Below, in pieces: positions 22,117 to 32,480 of a DNA stretch of 64,000 nt. The translations under genes and the position numbers were made by a program. Origin of the DNA: Alloascoidea hylecoeti (Eukaryota); NCBI GenBank assembly GCA_001600815.1, contig BCKZ01000006.1:248001-312000 (forward strand), given 5' to 3'. Under the pieces are notes generated by a model. That model was not told the origin of the DNA. It was given only the letters and a program-made list of their open reading frames with translations, and searched no databases. Each line of letters begins with the position of its first letter. The stretch's first letter is position 1.

Positions 22117-24186
22117 TTACACAAGACCCCGGAACACATTCTTACTAGCACGTCGTCTTCCATCAAATCTCTGTTTCTCTCTTCCTTTGTCCACCTTTTC
22201 TTCTTCTCCATCGCTGTTTCTTCGTGGCTTCCTCTTCGTAGCCTGCGGAACATACGTCATCACCGTGGTACCGCCTGGACCACGAGTAGAACGTATCTTG
22301 TTATTTCTGTTTTTCAACGCTTCTTGTTTCCTTTTATTTTGCTCCACTTGAGTGGCAAACGAAACGGCCTTGCGATCCAGCGTAGAAACGGCCTTCATTT
22401 TTGGTGTTGATCTCTTTTCTTTCAACTTCTCTCTCCTAGCTTGTTGTATGGATCTCTTTTTCGCCTCGCGTGCCTGTTTCATTTGCCTATCTTCTTCATC
22501 TAATGAATCGGAATCAGAACCAGATGATGAGTTTTCATCATCCGATTGACCCTTCTTCAATCTTTCAATTTCTTCTTCTTCGGCAGCTGTCAATGGCCTA
22601 TCTCCTTGTCTTAACTCTTCTTCATCTTCTTCTTCTTCAGCCTCTTTAGTTGACTTCAACGGTTTTAACATTTTATATTCATGACTTGCCTCATCAATTT
22701 CATAACTTTGATCATCAAATACAGATTTGAAACGGTCATCATTAAGAATAGCAGCGCTGATTTCTGCCTTCTTCTTATCCTTACCACTTTTAGCTTCTTT
22801 AACTGAATTAGTTTCAAGTAATTTAGCCAATTTCTTATTAGCTTTAGCCTTTGAACTTGCTCCTGTTGTTCGAATTACTGATTCTGATAATTTATCCATC
22901 TTCTTCTTAATTTGATCTTTTCTATAATCTTTCTGTGAATAATGATTAATTGATAATTTAGCATCAATATATAACTTTTCAGTTATGAAAAATCCATGCA
23001 TTTGACTCTTTAAACAATCTGTACCAATCAATGAAGTTAATCCTAAAGCTTCTAATTCTGGCCTTGTAATAAATTTATAATTTGTATAAACTGAATTTGA
23101 TGGTTTGATTTCTTCTGTAACATTATCCAATTTCTCACACCATTTAGGTGCTTGACCTAATGATGGTATATAATATGTGTGCATTGGTATACCTTCATTT
23201 GCTGTGAAAAATAATCCAGAATTCGGTATATGTTCAACATCATTTATATCAACTGTTGGTTCCATTGATGCGTATGGATTACCATCAACTGCATCCCAAA
23301 TCTTTATAATTCGTTTATCACTAGTTAAAACTTTTGATCCTGATAAAAACTCCCTAGAGTTTGTTTCCAAAAATTTAACTTTTAAAATTGGGAATCCATA
23401 TCCTTGATCTTTAACAACAGTTGGTGTATCTGAACGTAAATCAAATAAATATGTTTTACCTTCTGATGTACCCATACCAACACCTAGTCCATCATTATTA
23501 AAACTTAATGCTGTTACAGAATTATTTTCTAAATTTAATTGTCCAACTCTATTTCTTGATCTTGGATCCCAGAATTCAACAATACCATTATCAACTCCCA
23601 TACCAAGTAATCCATGAACTGGATTAACATCAACACAATTAATTCCTTCACCATCTGCTTTAAATGGAGCTAAAAACCGACCTTGATCTAAATTTAATCG
23701 ATATAATTCATCGCCTGAAGCTCCAATATATAAATCACAATTTTGTTTATTATATGTTAAACATCTACCAAATTTTGGAATTCTTGTTTTATAATATCTT
23801 TCACCTTGACCTTGAAATTCAATACTTCTATCATTTTGTAAATGAATTGATTTTGTCCAATCATCACTTAATATAACAAAATCAACATTTTCACAATCTG
23901 TATGTCTTTCAAATTTTAATCCTAATTCATTTAAATCATAAACATGAATTTGTGGTTTATATGTTCCAGTTGCCATAACATACTGTCCATCTGGAGTTAA
24001 TTTAAGCTTATTTGATGCTTCACTAAATTCAAACTCTTGTATAAGTTCAATCCGATTTTGATATTCTATATCATTTTTAAGTGATCTCTTACGTTTTCTA
24101 GCTAACCAGTCTGGTAATGACCTTGATGTATTCGTACCAGAAACCTGATATACAGAAACATCGGTAGACCCAAGTTGTAATGCCAT
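22117..24186 (-). CDS. ENP2: 40S biogenesis WD40 protein Enp2/NOL10
   Basis: SRSLPDWLARKRKRSLK, RIELIQEFEFSEASNK, TGTYKPQIHVYD, DDWTKSIHLQNDRSIEF, NUC153 motif DDRFKSVF, C-terminal RRRASKNVFRG. Confidence 0.95.
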   Translation of the reverse strand: MALQLGSTDVSVYQVSGTNTSRSLPDWLARKRKRSLKNDIEYQNRIELIQEFEFSEASNKLKLTPDGQYVMATGTYKPQIHVYDLNELGLKFERHTDCENVDFVILSDDWTKSIHLQNDRSIEFQGQGERYYKTRIPKFGRCLTYNKQNCDLYIGASGDELYRLNLDQGRFLAPFKADGEGINCVDVNPVHGLLGMGVDNGIVEFWDPRSRNRVGQLNLENNSVTALSFNNDGLGVGMGTSEGKTYLFDLRSDTPTVVKDQGYGFPILKVKFLETNSREFLSGSKVLTSDKRIIKIWDAVDGNPYASMEPTVDINDVEHIPNSGLFFTANEGIPMHTYYIPSLGQAPKWCEKLDNVTEEIKPSNSVYTNYKFITRPELEALGLTSLIGTDCLKSQMHGFFITEKLYIDAKLSINHYSQKDYRKDQIKKKMDKLSESVIRTTGASSKAKANKKLAKLLETNSVKEAKSGKDKKKAEISAAILNDDRFKSVFDDQSYEIDEASHEYKMLKPLKSTKEAEEEEDEEELRQGDRPLTAAEEEEIERLKKGQSDDENSSSGSDSDSLDEEDRQMKQAREAKKRSIQQARREKLKEKRSTPKMKAVSTLDRKAVSFATQVEQNKRKQEALKNRNNKIRSTRGPGGTTVMTYVPQATKRKPRRNSDGEEEKVDKGREKQRFDGRRRASKNVFRGLV

Positions 24187-24324
24187 TACTACTACTTGTT
24201 AATTTGTTATTTATTTAACAATAAAAGTATGGTCTATAAGTAATAACAAATTTTCTGTAATCCGTTGATAGTTTCTTAAGGTGAAATTTATCACTCAATA
24301 AATTTTTTTTTCTTCAGTATCAAA

Positions 24325-24332
24325 TTACCCGG
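24325..24332 (+). promoter_or_regulatory. Reb1-type site upstream of ENP2
   Basis: TTACCCGG 139 bp upstream of the ATG, beside an AAATTTTT (RRPE-like) tract. Confidence 0.55.
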
Positions 24333-24509
24333 ATTACTCAAACTTTAAATTGTAAATATTAGGAAATAGATATCAATGATATTATTTTATTATAAATACA
24401 AGAGAGTATTATCATTTTATAGATCAGAGTTCTTCTTAGCTATTTATCTACTTATCATTTAATATAGACATAAATTCAATTAAATCATTAAGGCTAGCCA
24501 AGGTGAGCA

Positions 24510-24950
24510 TTGGGAGCATTCCCCATTTACCTTTTAAACCTACACGGTGACATGTAATATGTCTGATAAACTTTATTTGTGAATATATCATCGAAGCCTT
24601 AATCATTTTTGACCATTCGAAATATATATGACTCGGCTAACTACACAGTGCTTCACACCAAGAGAAAGGCACGAAAGTTATCACAGAATGATTGTAGGGA
24701 TCTTATAGCAGGATTGCAAAAAAGTCCTACGAAAAAATGCGATATTCGTCCGCTACTGGGAAGCTTTAGGGAAAGGCTTTTTCAGAGCGCGAGGTGTATA
24801 TCAAAAAGTAGTATACCTATTATTCAAGTTTTTAAAGGAGGTATGCTTCAATGCGAGAGTTCATTTATCCCTATATCAAAACACTATAGCTAGGAGGATA
24901 TCAAATAAAACAATTATGTTACCTAAGTCCCCTTGAAAACCGCTAGGCAC
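24510..24950 (+). mobile_element. Decayed Tc1/mariner transposase, N-terminal HTH region
   Basis: With stops and a frameshift: PHLPFKPTR*HVICLINFICEYIIEALI / LTIRNIY...KRKARKLSQNDCRDLIAGLQKSP...ISKSSI..VFKGGM. This follows the Tc1 pattern HTH - GRPRKL(S/T)xxDxRxL....K.P - VSxSTIxRxL. Confidence 0.45.
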
Positions 24951-25171
24951 AAGCTCAAAAGTGACCCGACAAAAATTATACAGAGTTAGGCATTGCATAC
25001 TTGCCAAAGTGACTAAAACTACTGTAGAAGTAAATGGAGGACATGTTGACTACTCGAATTTCCTCCTGTGATGTTTAGATAGGTTAGGAAATGTTATTTA
25101 TAATTTATTTAGTAATATTTCCCTGAGGATTGCTTCTTTATTCATAATCCAATATAAGTTCTTTTAAATAA

Positions 25172-25785
25172 CAAAAAGACAATGAAATTACACTAATAAG
25201 TCAATTTTCAGACCTTCCTTTATCAAAAGAAACATTACAAGGTCTAAAAAAAGCTCATTTTTTAGAAACTACTGATATTCAAAGACGTTTAATAATCAAA
25301 TCACTTAAAGGACATAATATTTTTGAAGTAGCACGAACAGGATCAGGTAAAACTTTAGCATTTTTAATCCCATTATTAGAAGTTTATATCGTAATAAATG
25401 GATACGATTAGATGGATTGGGTGCTTTAGTCATATCACCACACACACACACTTGGAATACAAAATTTTGATGTTTTAAATAGGATTGGCAAATTTCATTC
25501 ATTTTCTATTGGTTTATTAACTGATGGGAAAAGTTATTAAGATGAAAAAGAAAGAATTGGGAAATTAAATATAAATACCAGATCGATTATTACAATAAAT
25601 TTAAAAATGTTAATATTAGATAAAGCAGATATAATATTAGATATAGGTTTTAGACGAACTATGGATCATATTATTAAAAGTTTACCAATTGGTAGTTCTA
25701 GACAAACACTTTTATTTTCAGAAACTCTACGAAAATCAGTTAATGATTTGAAACGTTTAGTTTATTCAATCCATTATTTATAACT
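25172..25785 (+). pseudogene. DBP4: Pseudogene fragment of DEAD-box helicase Dbp4/Hca4 (DDX10), RecA1 domain only
   Basis: FSDLPLSKETLQGLKKAHFLETTDIQ...ARTGSGKTLAFLIPLLE / LYRNKWIRLDGLGALVISP...IGKFHSFSIGLL..GKSY*DEKERI...LKMLILDKAD..LDIGF...RQTLLFSET. Contains frameshifts, stops, deletions and mutated DEAD/SAT/PTREL motifs. Confidence 0.9.
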
Positions 25786-25869
25786 TCAACTCCTTAAGAA
25801 TTAGAAGGTTCACAGACACTAGAGTAGGACATTCATTACATACTGGTCATTTATTTTTATACCACTAAT

Positions 25870-26200
25870 TATAAGTAGTTTTTTTTTATTATCAAGGGGT
25901 TTCGATCAAGTGAAATTATGGTACTAGGATCCTCAACTACTCTATACAATGAAGTACGACTACCCTTTATACCTTCAGCCCATACCGTAAGATTTAAAGA
26001 CCAATACTTCTTATGAAGGGTCTTCGGACTCTTTGGCAAACAAATACGTTTCGGGGCACCAGAATTCGGTAAGCGAACCAAACATTCGCTATGAATACAA
26101 CCACCTTCCCAAAATTCTGATATTCATTCGATTGATCTATAGGCCATTGCAGTCCAACTTATACCAAGTAACTTTTACTTATATTCTTTTATCTTTCAAT
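25870..26200 (-). mobile_element. Decayed Tc1/mariner transposase, start of the DDE domain
   Basis: Across frameshifts: GLQWPIDQSNE..FW/KVVVF..ECLVRL (cf. RLxWAxxHxxW...WxxVxFSDE) and KKYWSLNLTVWAEGIKGSRTSLYRVVEDP (cf. SVMVWAxxxxxGRTxLxxxxxDP). Confidence 0.45.
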
Positions 26201-26426
26201 ACTGATAAATTTTATAGATACATATAAGCTTATGCAAAGGCATTTTTAACTAATTGTGTTTAAAATCGACTTTTGATTATATTATTTATCTCTATGCTTT
26301 TATTTCCATTCCTTCCATAACATTTACATTTTAAGTAAGTTAAAATAAATCTTTTAATATTGCAAATGAAATACCCCTTTTTTGCTTTTTGCCCCCATAA
26401 CACATAAAAAAAGAAAACTAAACAAA

Positions 26427-27063
26427 TTATTCACTAATGTATTTCATCAATGTATTAGTTGGATTATGATCCAACGGTATTAAAGCACCAACAAATCTTG
26501 AAACATCATCAGGAATAATAGAACCATTACCATATAATAAATCATTTGGAATGAATACTAAATCAGATGCAATATGTTTTAAAACATGGCCGATTCCAAC
26601 ATTTGTTTGGCAATGTATTACTTTATATTCTTGTGATTTTGGTATTGTATTTAAAGAATCTTTATTTATATCATCAAACGTAACATCTGGTGCTAAAACA
26701 AGAACTGAAAATTCAATATTATTGAGGATATCGGGGAATGGGACACCTTGAAGTAATAGATTCTATAATATGTTATTGTTAGTGAATAATCATTCCTAGA
26801 TGTTATTTTCATTATATCTATATAATATATATATATACCTTATCAACCACAATAGCTATAGATTTCTTAAAGTTCTTACTTATACTCCTTGCAAAGTACA
26901 AATTATCAACACTTGTATTTACAGATCTTCCAGTTTTATGTTCATGCTCATTTTCTCCGTTCACATAAGTGAAAGCTTTATAAGCCAGATAACCTACTGA
27001 AACAGCAGCTATGGAAGCAATAGAGTACTTTGCAACGGGAGATATGCGCTGTCTATTAGACAT
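26427..27063 (-). CDS. PEX22: Peroxin Pex22; exons 27063-26839, 26762-26427
   Basis: N-terminal TM (YSIASIAAVSVGYLAYK), KKSIAIVV, YKVIHCQTNVGIGHVLKHI and IPDDVSRFV match the Pex22 layout. Intron GTATAT..CACTAAC..TAG is in frame. Confidence 0.75.
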
Positions 27064-27129
27064 TTTGTGTAGTTCGCTCCAAGTAATAATACATGAGGAT
27101 GGCTGTAAATACGAATTCAACCAAGCAGT

Positions 27130-27137
27130 CCGGGTAA
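27130..27137 (-). promoter_or_regulatory. Reb1-type site upstream of PEX22
   Basis: CCGGGTAA 67 bp upstream of the ATG. Confidence 0.5.
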
Positions 27138-27345
27138 TCCATATCCAAAATTAAATTGTTCAGACGACACCAACCATCGATATCCAAGTTCGATGCTCGC
27201 GAATAGTTAAGGGAAATTATTAGAATCGTGTCATTCTAGTGCATGAATATAAATATGAATATTAATATTACTATCTTATACCTATAACATTAATAGTATA
27301 CCTAATATTATATTTTTTTTTCTTTTTTTTTTTTATAATTACAGA

Positions 27346-28211
27346 TTATATAAACTTTTGTTTTAAAAAGAAATTTTTCAAGTGATGTAGTTGCCAATAA
27401 CAAGCTATTCCTAATACACATAATTGTAATATTGTCCAAGTAATAACCTTTGTATTAATTGTTTCAGATTCATCTCTGAAATCTTTTTCACGATCCTAAT
27501 ATTAATTTTTGAAAAAGTTAGTATATGACAAATCATCACAAAATGAAAATTTGGTTAAAAAAACATACAATAACCAATTCTTGTGCTCTTCTAAGCTCTT
27601 CAAGTAATCCTTTTAATTCTCCAATCTTTGCAAGGACTCTTGTCACTCTATCATGACTTGTTGTATCTAAATAAGGATGGTCTTCACCAATATCTAAATC
27701 AAATGAGATTCGAACTTGCCCATTACCATTAAACCAGTTATGTGAATTTATTGGAGTAAAACAAAATAAATGTTCACCGGATTCAAGAGCAGAAAATGTA
27801 AATGATGATGATGAGTGAACTGACTGTGCTATTAATTTATGATCTTTATCAAAACTTTCCTAGGAAGGGGTAAATTACTATTGTTAATTAACAGTTTCAT
27901 ATTAAATAATAAATAAATGATGTATACCTCGACAGTTATTTTCAGGTTAAAATTAGCGGGTTCGACGTATTCTCCTACTTCTTCAGAATATATCTGTGCT
28001 TGGACCTTTCCTGTATATATTGGTTAGTTTATGCTTAAAGAATCACTAAATTGGAAGACATACCAACAACTAGCGTGTCTTTGAAAAGTTCTTCGTAGAA
28101 ACACTTCGGTTCAGCATGTTTGGCGTAGAAGTGAATGGCGGTGGTGGGAAACACCAGACTGGTTAAGATCAGGAGCAGGGTCGGCAGTAAAAAAGGCCGT
28201 GGTATTATCAT
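27346..28211 (-). CDS. p24-alpha (Erp1/TMED9-like) GOLD-domain cargo receptor; exons 28211-28064, 28010-27928, 27859-27569, 27495-27346
   Basis: Not in the ORF track. Spliced product has a signal peptide, HFYAKHAEPKCFYEEL..DTLVVG, FTFSALESGEHLFC, REKDFRDESETINTKV, a TM segment and the tail WQLHHLKNFFLKQKFI*. All three introns keep the frame. Confidence 0.92.
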
Positions 28212-28305
28212 TATGTGTGTGGTGGAGCAGAGGAGATACGGTAGGGGTGTAGTTAATTAAGGGTGTAACGCACAAATTAACAATTGCAAGGGCATATTTA
28301 TTTAT

Positions 28306-29364
28306 TTATTTATTCGTGCTCCACAATAAGACTTTTCCGTCGTCACCAGCAGAGGCTATTTGCGGTTCTGCTGTGCCATCTTTGGTCCAAACAACGCCGT
28401 TTATTTCGTACACTCCATGGGCGTCGTTCTGTTCTTCATCAATTTTCCATTCCCACGACCCTGTTGAAGTCTCAGTATGAGTGTACACTACGATTTTCCC
28501 ATCGCTTCCCCCGGACACAATCCTCCCGTCACTCGACCAGTCCACACTGTAAATAGGACCCTCGTGTACGGCTGGGAGTGTGCTCTCCAGAATCCAGTCT
28601 TCGTGGATAGGGTCCGCCCTGAATGTAGAAGGAATATCCGATCTCTGTCCACTTAAAGACCGTCGTTTCCACACAATCACCTGTGAATCATCCGAACAGG
28701 ATACCAGCCGTGTACTCTCATCCGTTGATTTGGGGTCAAACACGCAACACCAAACTGTACTGGTATGTCCCTCCAAAACCGCCACCGATGACCAATCATC
28801 GTCGTCTTCTCTCCATAGTCGAAGAGTATCATCGTACGAAGCGGAGGCAATAAGATATTCTGACGGATGCCATGCAACATGCTTAACGTCCTGTGTATGA
28901 TCCTGTAAAACAGATACACATTCAAACTCCTCGTTATCTTCGTCTGCTTCCCAGACCCAGACTGTTTTATCTCGAGAGCACGAAGCCAAAAACCTTCCAT
29001 CGTAAGACCACTGAACACATTTCACCTCACTTTCATGTCCTTCTATAACCGCCAAAAGCGGCCATTCGGCCTCTTCATCTTCATCCTCATCCTCATCATT
29101 CATATCCTCTAACCCCCATATAGAAACAGTGGCATCGAATGAACAAGCTGCTATCGTGGGGAGTCGAGTTTGTGGTTTCCAAGCTACTGATCTTACCGTT
29201 TTGGTATGTCCTTCAGAAAGAGTAGCAACAACAGCACCACTAAAAGTATTATGAATTATAATTGTTTTATCTGATGAACAAGATGCTAATAATGGTTTAC
29301 CGGGAAGGGATGCTAAACCCCAAGCTGTTTCTTTGTGGGAGGTGAGAGTTTGCTTCAATTTCAT
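28306..29364 (-). CDS. CIA1: Cytosolic Fe-S assembly WD40 protein Cia1
   Basis: HTKTVRSVAW, CSFDATVSIW, EGHESEVKCVQWS, SCSRDKTVWVWE, QDHTQDVKHVAWHP, AHGVYEINGV. Confidence 0.95.
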   Translation of the reverse strand: MKLKQTLTSHKETAWGLASLPGKPLLASCSSDKTIIIHNTFSGAVVATLSEGHTKTVRSVAWKPQTRLPTIAACSFDATVSIWGLEDMNDEDEDEDEEAEWPLLAVIEGHESEVKCVQWSYDGRFLASCSRDKTVWVWEADEDNEEFECVSVLQDHTQDVKHVAWHPSEYLIASASYDDTLRLWREDDDDWSSVAVLEGHTSTVWCCVFDPKSTDESTRLVSCSDDSQVIVWKRRSLSGQRSDIPSTFRADPIHEDWILESTLPAVHEGPIYSVDWSSDGRIVSGGSDGKIVVYTHTETSTGSWEWKIDEEQNDAHGVYEINGVVWTKDGTAEPQIASAGDDGKVLLWSTNK

Positions 29365-29476
29365 ATTTTTGAAATGGTGGATCTATCAATAAATTAATTT
29401 TCCCAGTGGAGTATTCTTCCATCCCACCATAAAATTGAAACATTAATCCCACCTTGAAAAAAAATACAAAAAAAAT

Positions 29477-30874
29477 ATGATACGATTGGGTATACGACAT
29501 GTACACACGCCACCTCCGTTCCGGTATAATATCTCTTTTCTTCCAATTTGTCCATCAAGACTTTCAATTATAAAAACATGGCCAATGTCATGTCGCTATT
29601 CTAGTACCCGTCGTAGTAGACCAAACGCTTATAAAAAACACCTCCCAATAGTTGTTTCAGTTCTCGCATCATTATGGTTAGTCTTTGGTATTCGAGCTTT
29701 TATGTCAAATCCTACAACATCATCAGATCGTTCAAATCAGGAATTAATCACTACGGAAGGTTTTACACCATATACAATTACATTTAAACATTTTATTACA
29801 CCTGATTTATTTTTAATTGAATTAACACCAACTCTTCGATCATGGAAAACAAAATATGTGAATAAAAGATCATATTGGGATGGTTCTCAATTATGGAGTG
29901 TTGAAATTAAACAACCAGATATTATGATTACTAGAAATTATACTCCATTACCTTTATATGTTTTACAAACTTATAAAAATCAAATAAAAGAACAAGATAT
30001 AATTAAAAGTGAAAATGAAAATGAAAATGAAAATGAAAATGATAAAAAACAATACGTAATTAAAATGTTAGGTGATTCAAAAGATGAAGGTAAAATGATG
30101 TTTTTAATTAAAAAATATAAAGATGGTGAAGTATCAACATGGCTTTCTAAAAGAAAAGTTGGTGATAGAATTGAAATTCGAGGTCCACATATTGAATTTA
30201 AATTCCCACAAAATCAATATTCAAATTTACCACCACGTCCAACAATGATTGATACACCATCAAGCTTAAGATCTGATATAAAATATACTTCATTACCAAA
30301 ACATGATGATATATTATTTTTAGCTGCTGGAACAGGTATAACTCCAATATTACAAATGTTATTATCAAAAAATCCATTTAGAGGTAAAGTTGATGTTATT
30401 TATTCAGTTAAAAATAAAAAAGATATTGCATTTCCAAACTTTTTAATGTTTTTAGAAAAAACTGGTCGTGCAAGATTTTGGTATTTTATTGAATCAAAAG
30501 GTCAATTTATAACATCAAACGATTTACCAAATCCAACACCATCATATTTAGGTTTACCACCATTAAATGATAATTCACAAAAGACAATTCAAGATTTATT
30601 AAAAATAAATGCAAAAAGAAGAGAAATTCGAAAAATTCAAAATCATGATCCAATTATTGGAGATTATAAAACAGCAATTGATCATACTTTAGCTGAAGAA
30701 GTTAACAATAAAATAACAAAACCCTCGGATTCAACTCCTAGTTGGGCTATTGTTTGTGGGCCAGAGGGTTATATTTCATATGTCGCCGGTCAGAAAGAAG
30801 AATATTCACAAGGTAATACTGGTGGATTGTTAAAGGATAAAGGTTGGGATGAATCAAATGTATATAAAATGTAA
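29477..30874 (+). CDS. CYC2: Mitochondrial flavoprotein Cyc2 (cytochrome c maturation; b5-reductase fold)
   Basis: Presequence and TM, LWSVEIKQPDIMITRNYTPLPL, KKYKDGEVSTWL, IEIRGP, AAGTGITPILQ, VCGPEGYI, QGNTGGLL..KGW...VYK. Confidence 0.85.
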   Translation: MIRLGIRHVHTPPPFRYNISFLPICPSRLSIIKTWPMSCRYSSTRRSRPNAYKKHLPIVVSVLASLWLVFGIRAFMSNPTTSSDRSNQELITTEGFTPYTITFKHFITPDLFLIELTPTLRSWKTKYVNKRSYWDGSQLWSVEIKQPDIMITRNYTPLPLYVLQTYKNQIKEQDIIKSENENENENENDKKQYVIKMLGDSKDEGKMMFLIKKYKDGEVSTWLSKRKVGDRIEIRGPHIEFKFPQNQYSNLPPRPTMIDTPSSLRSDIKYTSLPKHDDILFLAAGTGITPILQMLLSKNPFRGKVDVIYSVKNKKDIAFPNFLMFLEKTGRARFWYFIESKGQFITSNDLPNPTPSYLGLPPLNDNSQKTIQDLLKINAKRREIRKIQNHDPIIGDYKTAIDHTLAEEVNNKITKPSDSTPSWAIVCGPEGYISYVAGQKEEYSQGNTGGLLKDKGWDESNVYKM

Positions 30875-31168
30875 ATAGAAAGAATATATATTATGTCATG
30901 CATACTTATAGATGTTAAATAGAAAGATATTATGATCATAATGTATCAAAACTGTATGTAGTGCTAATTATCAGCTTAATTACAAATAGTACGAAATCAT
31001 CAATTACAATCAGATGAAAATGATAACGAATACTAAAATAAACTTGTAGAATTAACTGAAAATGAATTAAATACTCAGATTTATGCAATATTAAAAAAAA
31101 AACATATTAATTATTTATAAGTCATAAATGAAGTGTGTTGTATGCTATATTTATGATTATGATTATGA

Positions 31169-31774
31169 TCATATTATTTCAATGAAAATACCCAAAACAA
31201 ATGAGGTAAAAGTAAGTAAAGGAAGAATCAAATATTTTGATTCCATGGGTCGTAAATTCATAGCTAAAGATTCGCCAGTAGCAGATGATGTTTCAAGAGA
31301 TGCTGTAAATGATACACTCCCAGTATCAGATCCACTATGTTTAGCCTTTGATGATGAAACTGCTGCTTTAGAGGTTGTTAGGGCTGTTGCTGTTGTTTTA
31401 CCACTATTTAAACTGGACTCAATGGCTCGGGATTTTGTATATACAGAGTAAGCTGAACTTGCTGAAGCGGCATATTTGGATTGAACACCGATTAAGTTTT
31501 GAACTGAATTAGATATGAAGGTTTGTTGGGAAAGGATAACACTGTCAGTGTAGGTGATATATCCAGCAAGATTGTTAGCTGTGTGGCTAGTTGTTGCTAA
31601 TGTTGTTGCTAATGTTGTTGCTAATGTTGTTGCTGTTGCTGCTACTAATGAAGTAGATGCTGCGACATTAGCAGCTGTTACCGCTATACTTTCTTCAGTA
31701 TTTATAGGAGCTGCAACAGATTGGGAAATGATTGTAGCAAAAATCAAATTTAAAGTGAAAAGTAAGGAAAGCAT
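31169..31774 (-). CDS. Ser/Thr/Ala-rich secreted, probably GPI-anchored cell-surface protein
   Basis: Hydrophobic signal peptide, TTLA repeats (12-nt tandem unit), S/T-rich body and hydrophobic C-terminus. Confidence 0.7.
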   Translation of the reverse strand: MLSLLFTLNLIFATIISQSVAAPINTEESIAVTAANVAASTSLVAATATTLATTLATTLATTSHTANNLAGYITYTDSVILSQQTFISNSVQNLIGVQSKYAASASSAYSVYTKSRAIESSLNSGKTTATALTTSKAAVSSSKAKHSGSDTGSVSFTASLETSSATGESLAMNLRPMESKYLILPLLTFTSFVLGIFIEII

Positions 31775-32480
31775 ATTGGTTGAATAAGTGTTTTTATTAA
31801 TGAAATGATGATGATGATGGTGATGATGTTTTGCTTAATGCTAGGCATTTCAATTCTTTTATATATTCATACTTGTCTATTGAATATTTTGTCTTTTGAG
31901 TCTTAACATCGAAAATAATATTTGAAAAAACAAGTAGGCTTGTTTGTTGCTCTCAAGAAATATGTAGCTATCAGCCATCTTGTTTATTGAATTCTAAATT
32001 TGGTGGGCTTCTTCAAATAAAATATGCAAGCATACAGAAAAAAGTTGGAGGCAAGTAATAGTTATAGAATACAAAAAAGTTAATAAGTATTATTTTAATA
32101 AGTATAGCTATAATAATTTCTCGGAGTGTATTTATTTATAGCATAACTTAGAGTATTTTAAATGGATATAAAATAATGCAATAATGTACCATTTATCAAT
32201 ATTGTATAATTACGAATTATTTACTCGTAAAACTACTTAAATACGATTATTATCCTATTAATATTAGTTTATTTTTCAGTTTTTATTATGTTTTCTTTCG
32301 GGTTAATGTTAACGTTAACGTTATTATCTCTATTTGAAATATATATATAACTTTAATTTCAAATTAAATATCACTTTTTTTAATATAATATTTATATAGT
32401 ATGCTGAAATTTCTAGGAATTATATTATTTTAGATTTATTAAATGCTCCAGTCTTATGTTCTTTTTTTGATTTACTTTGT

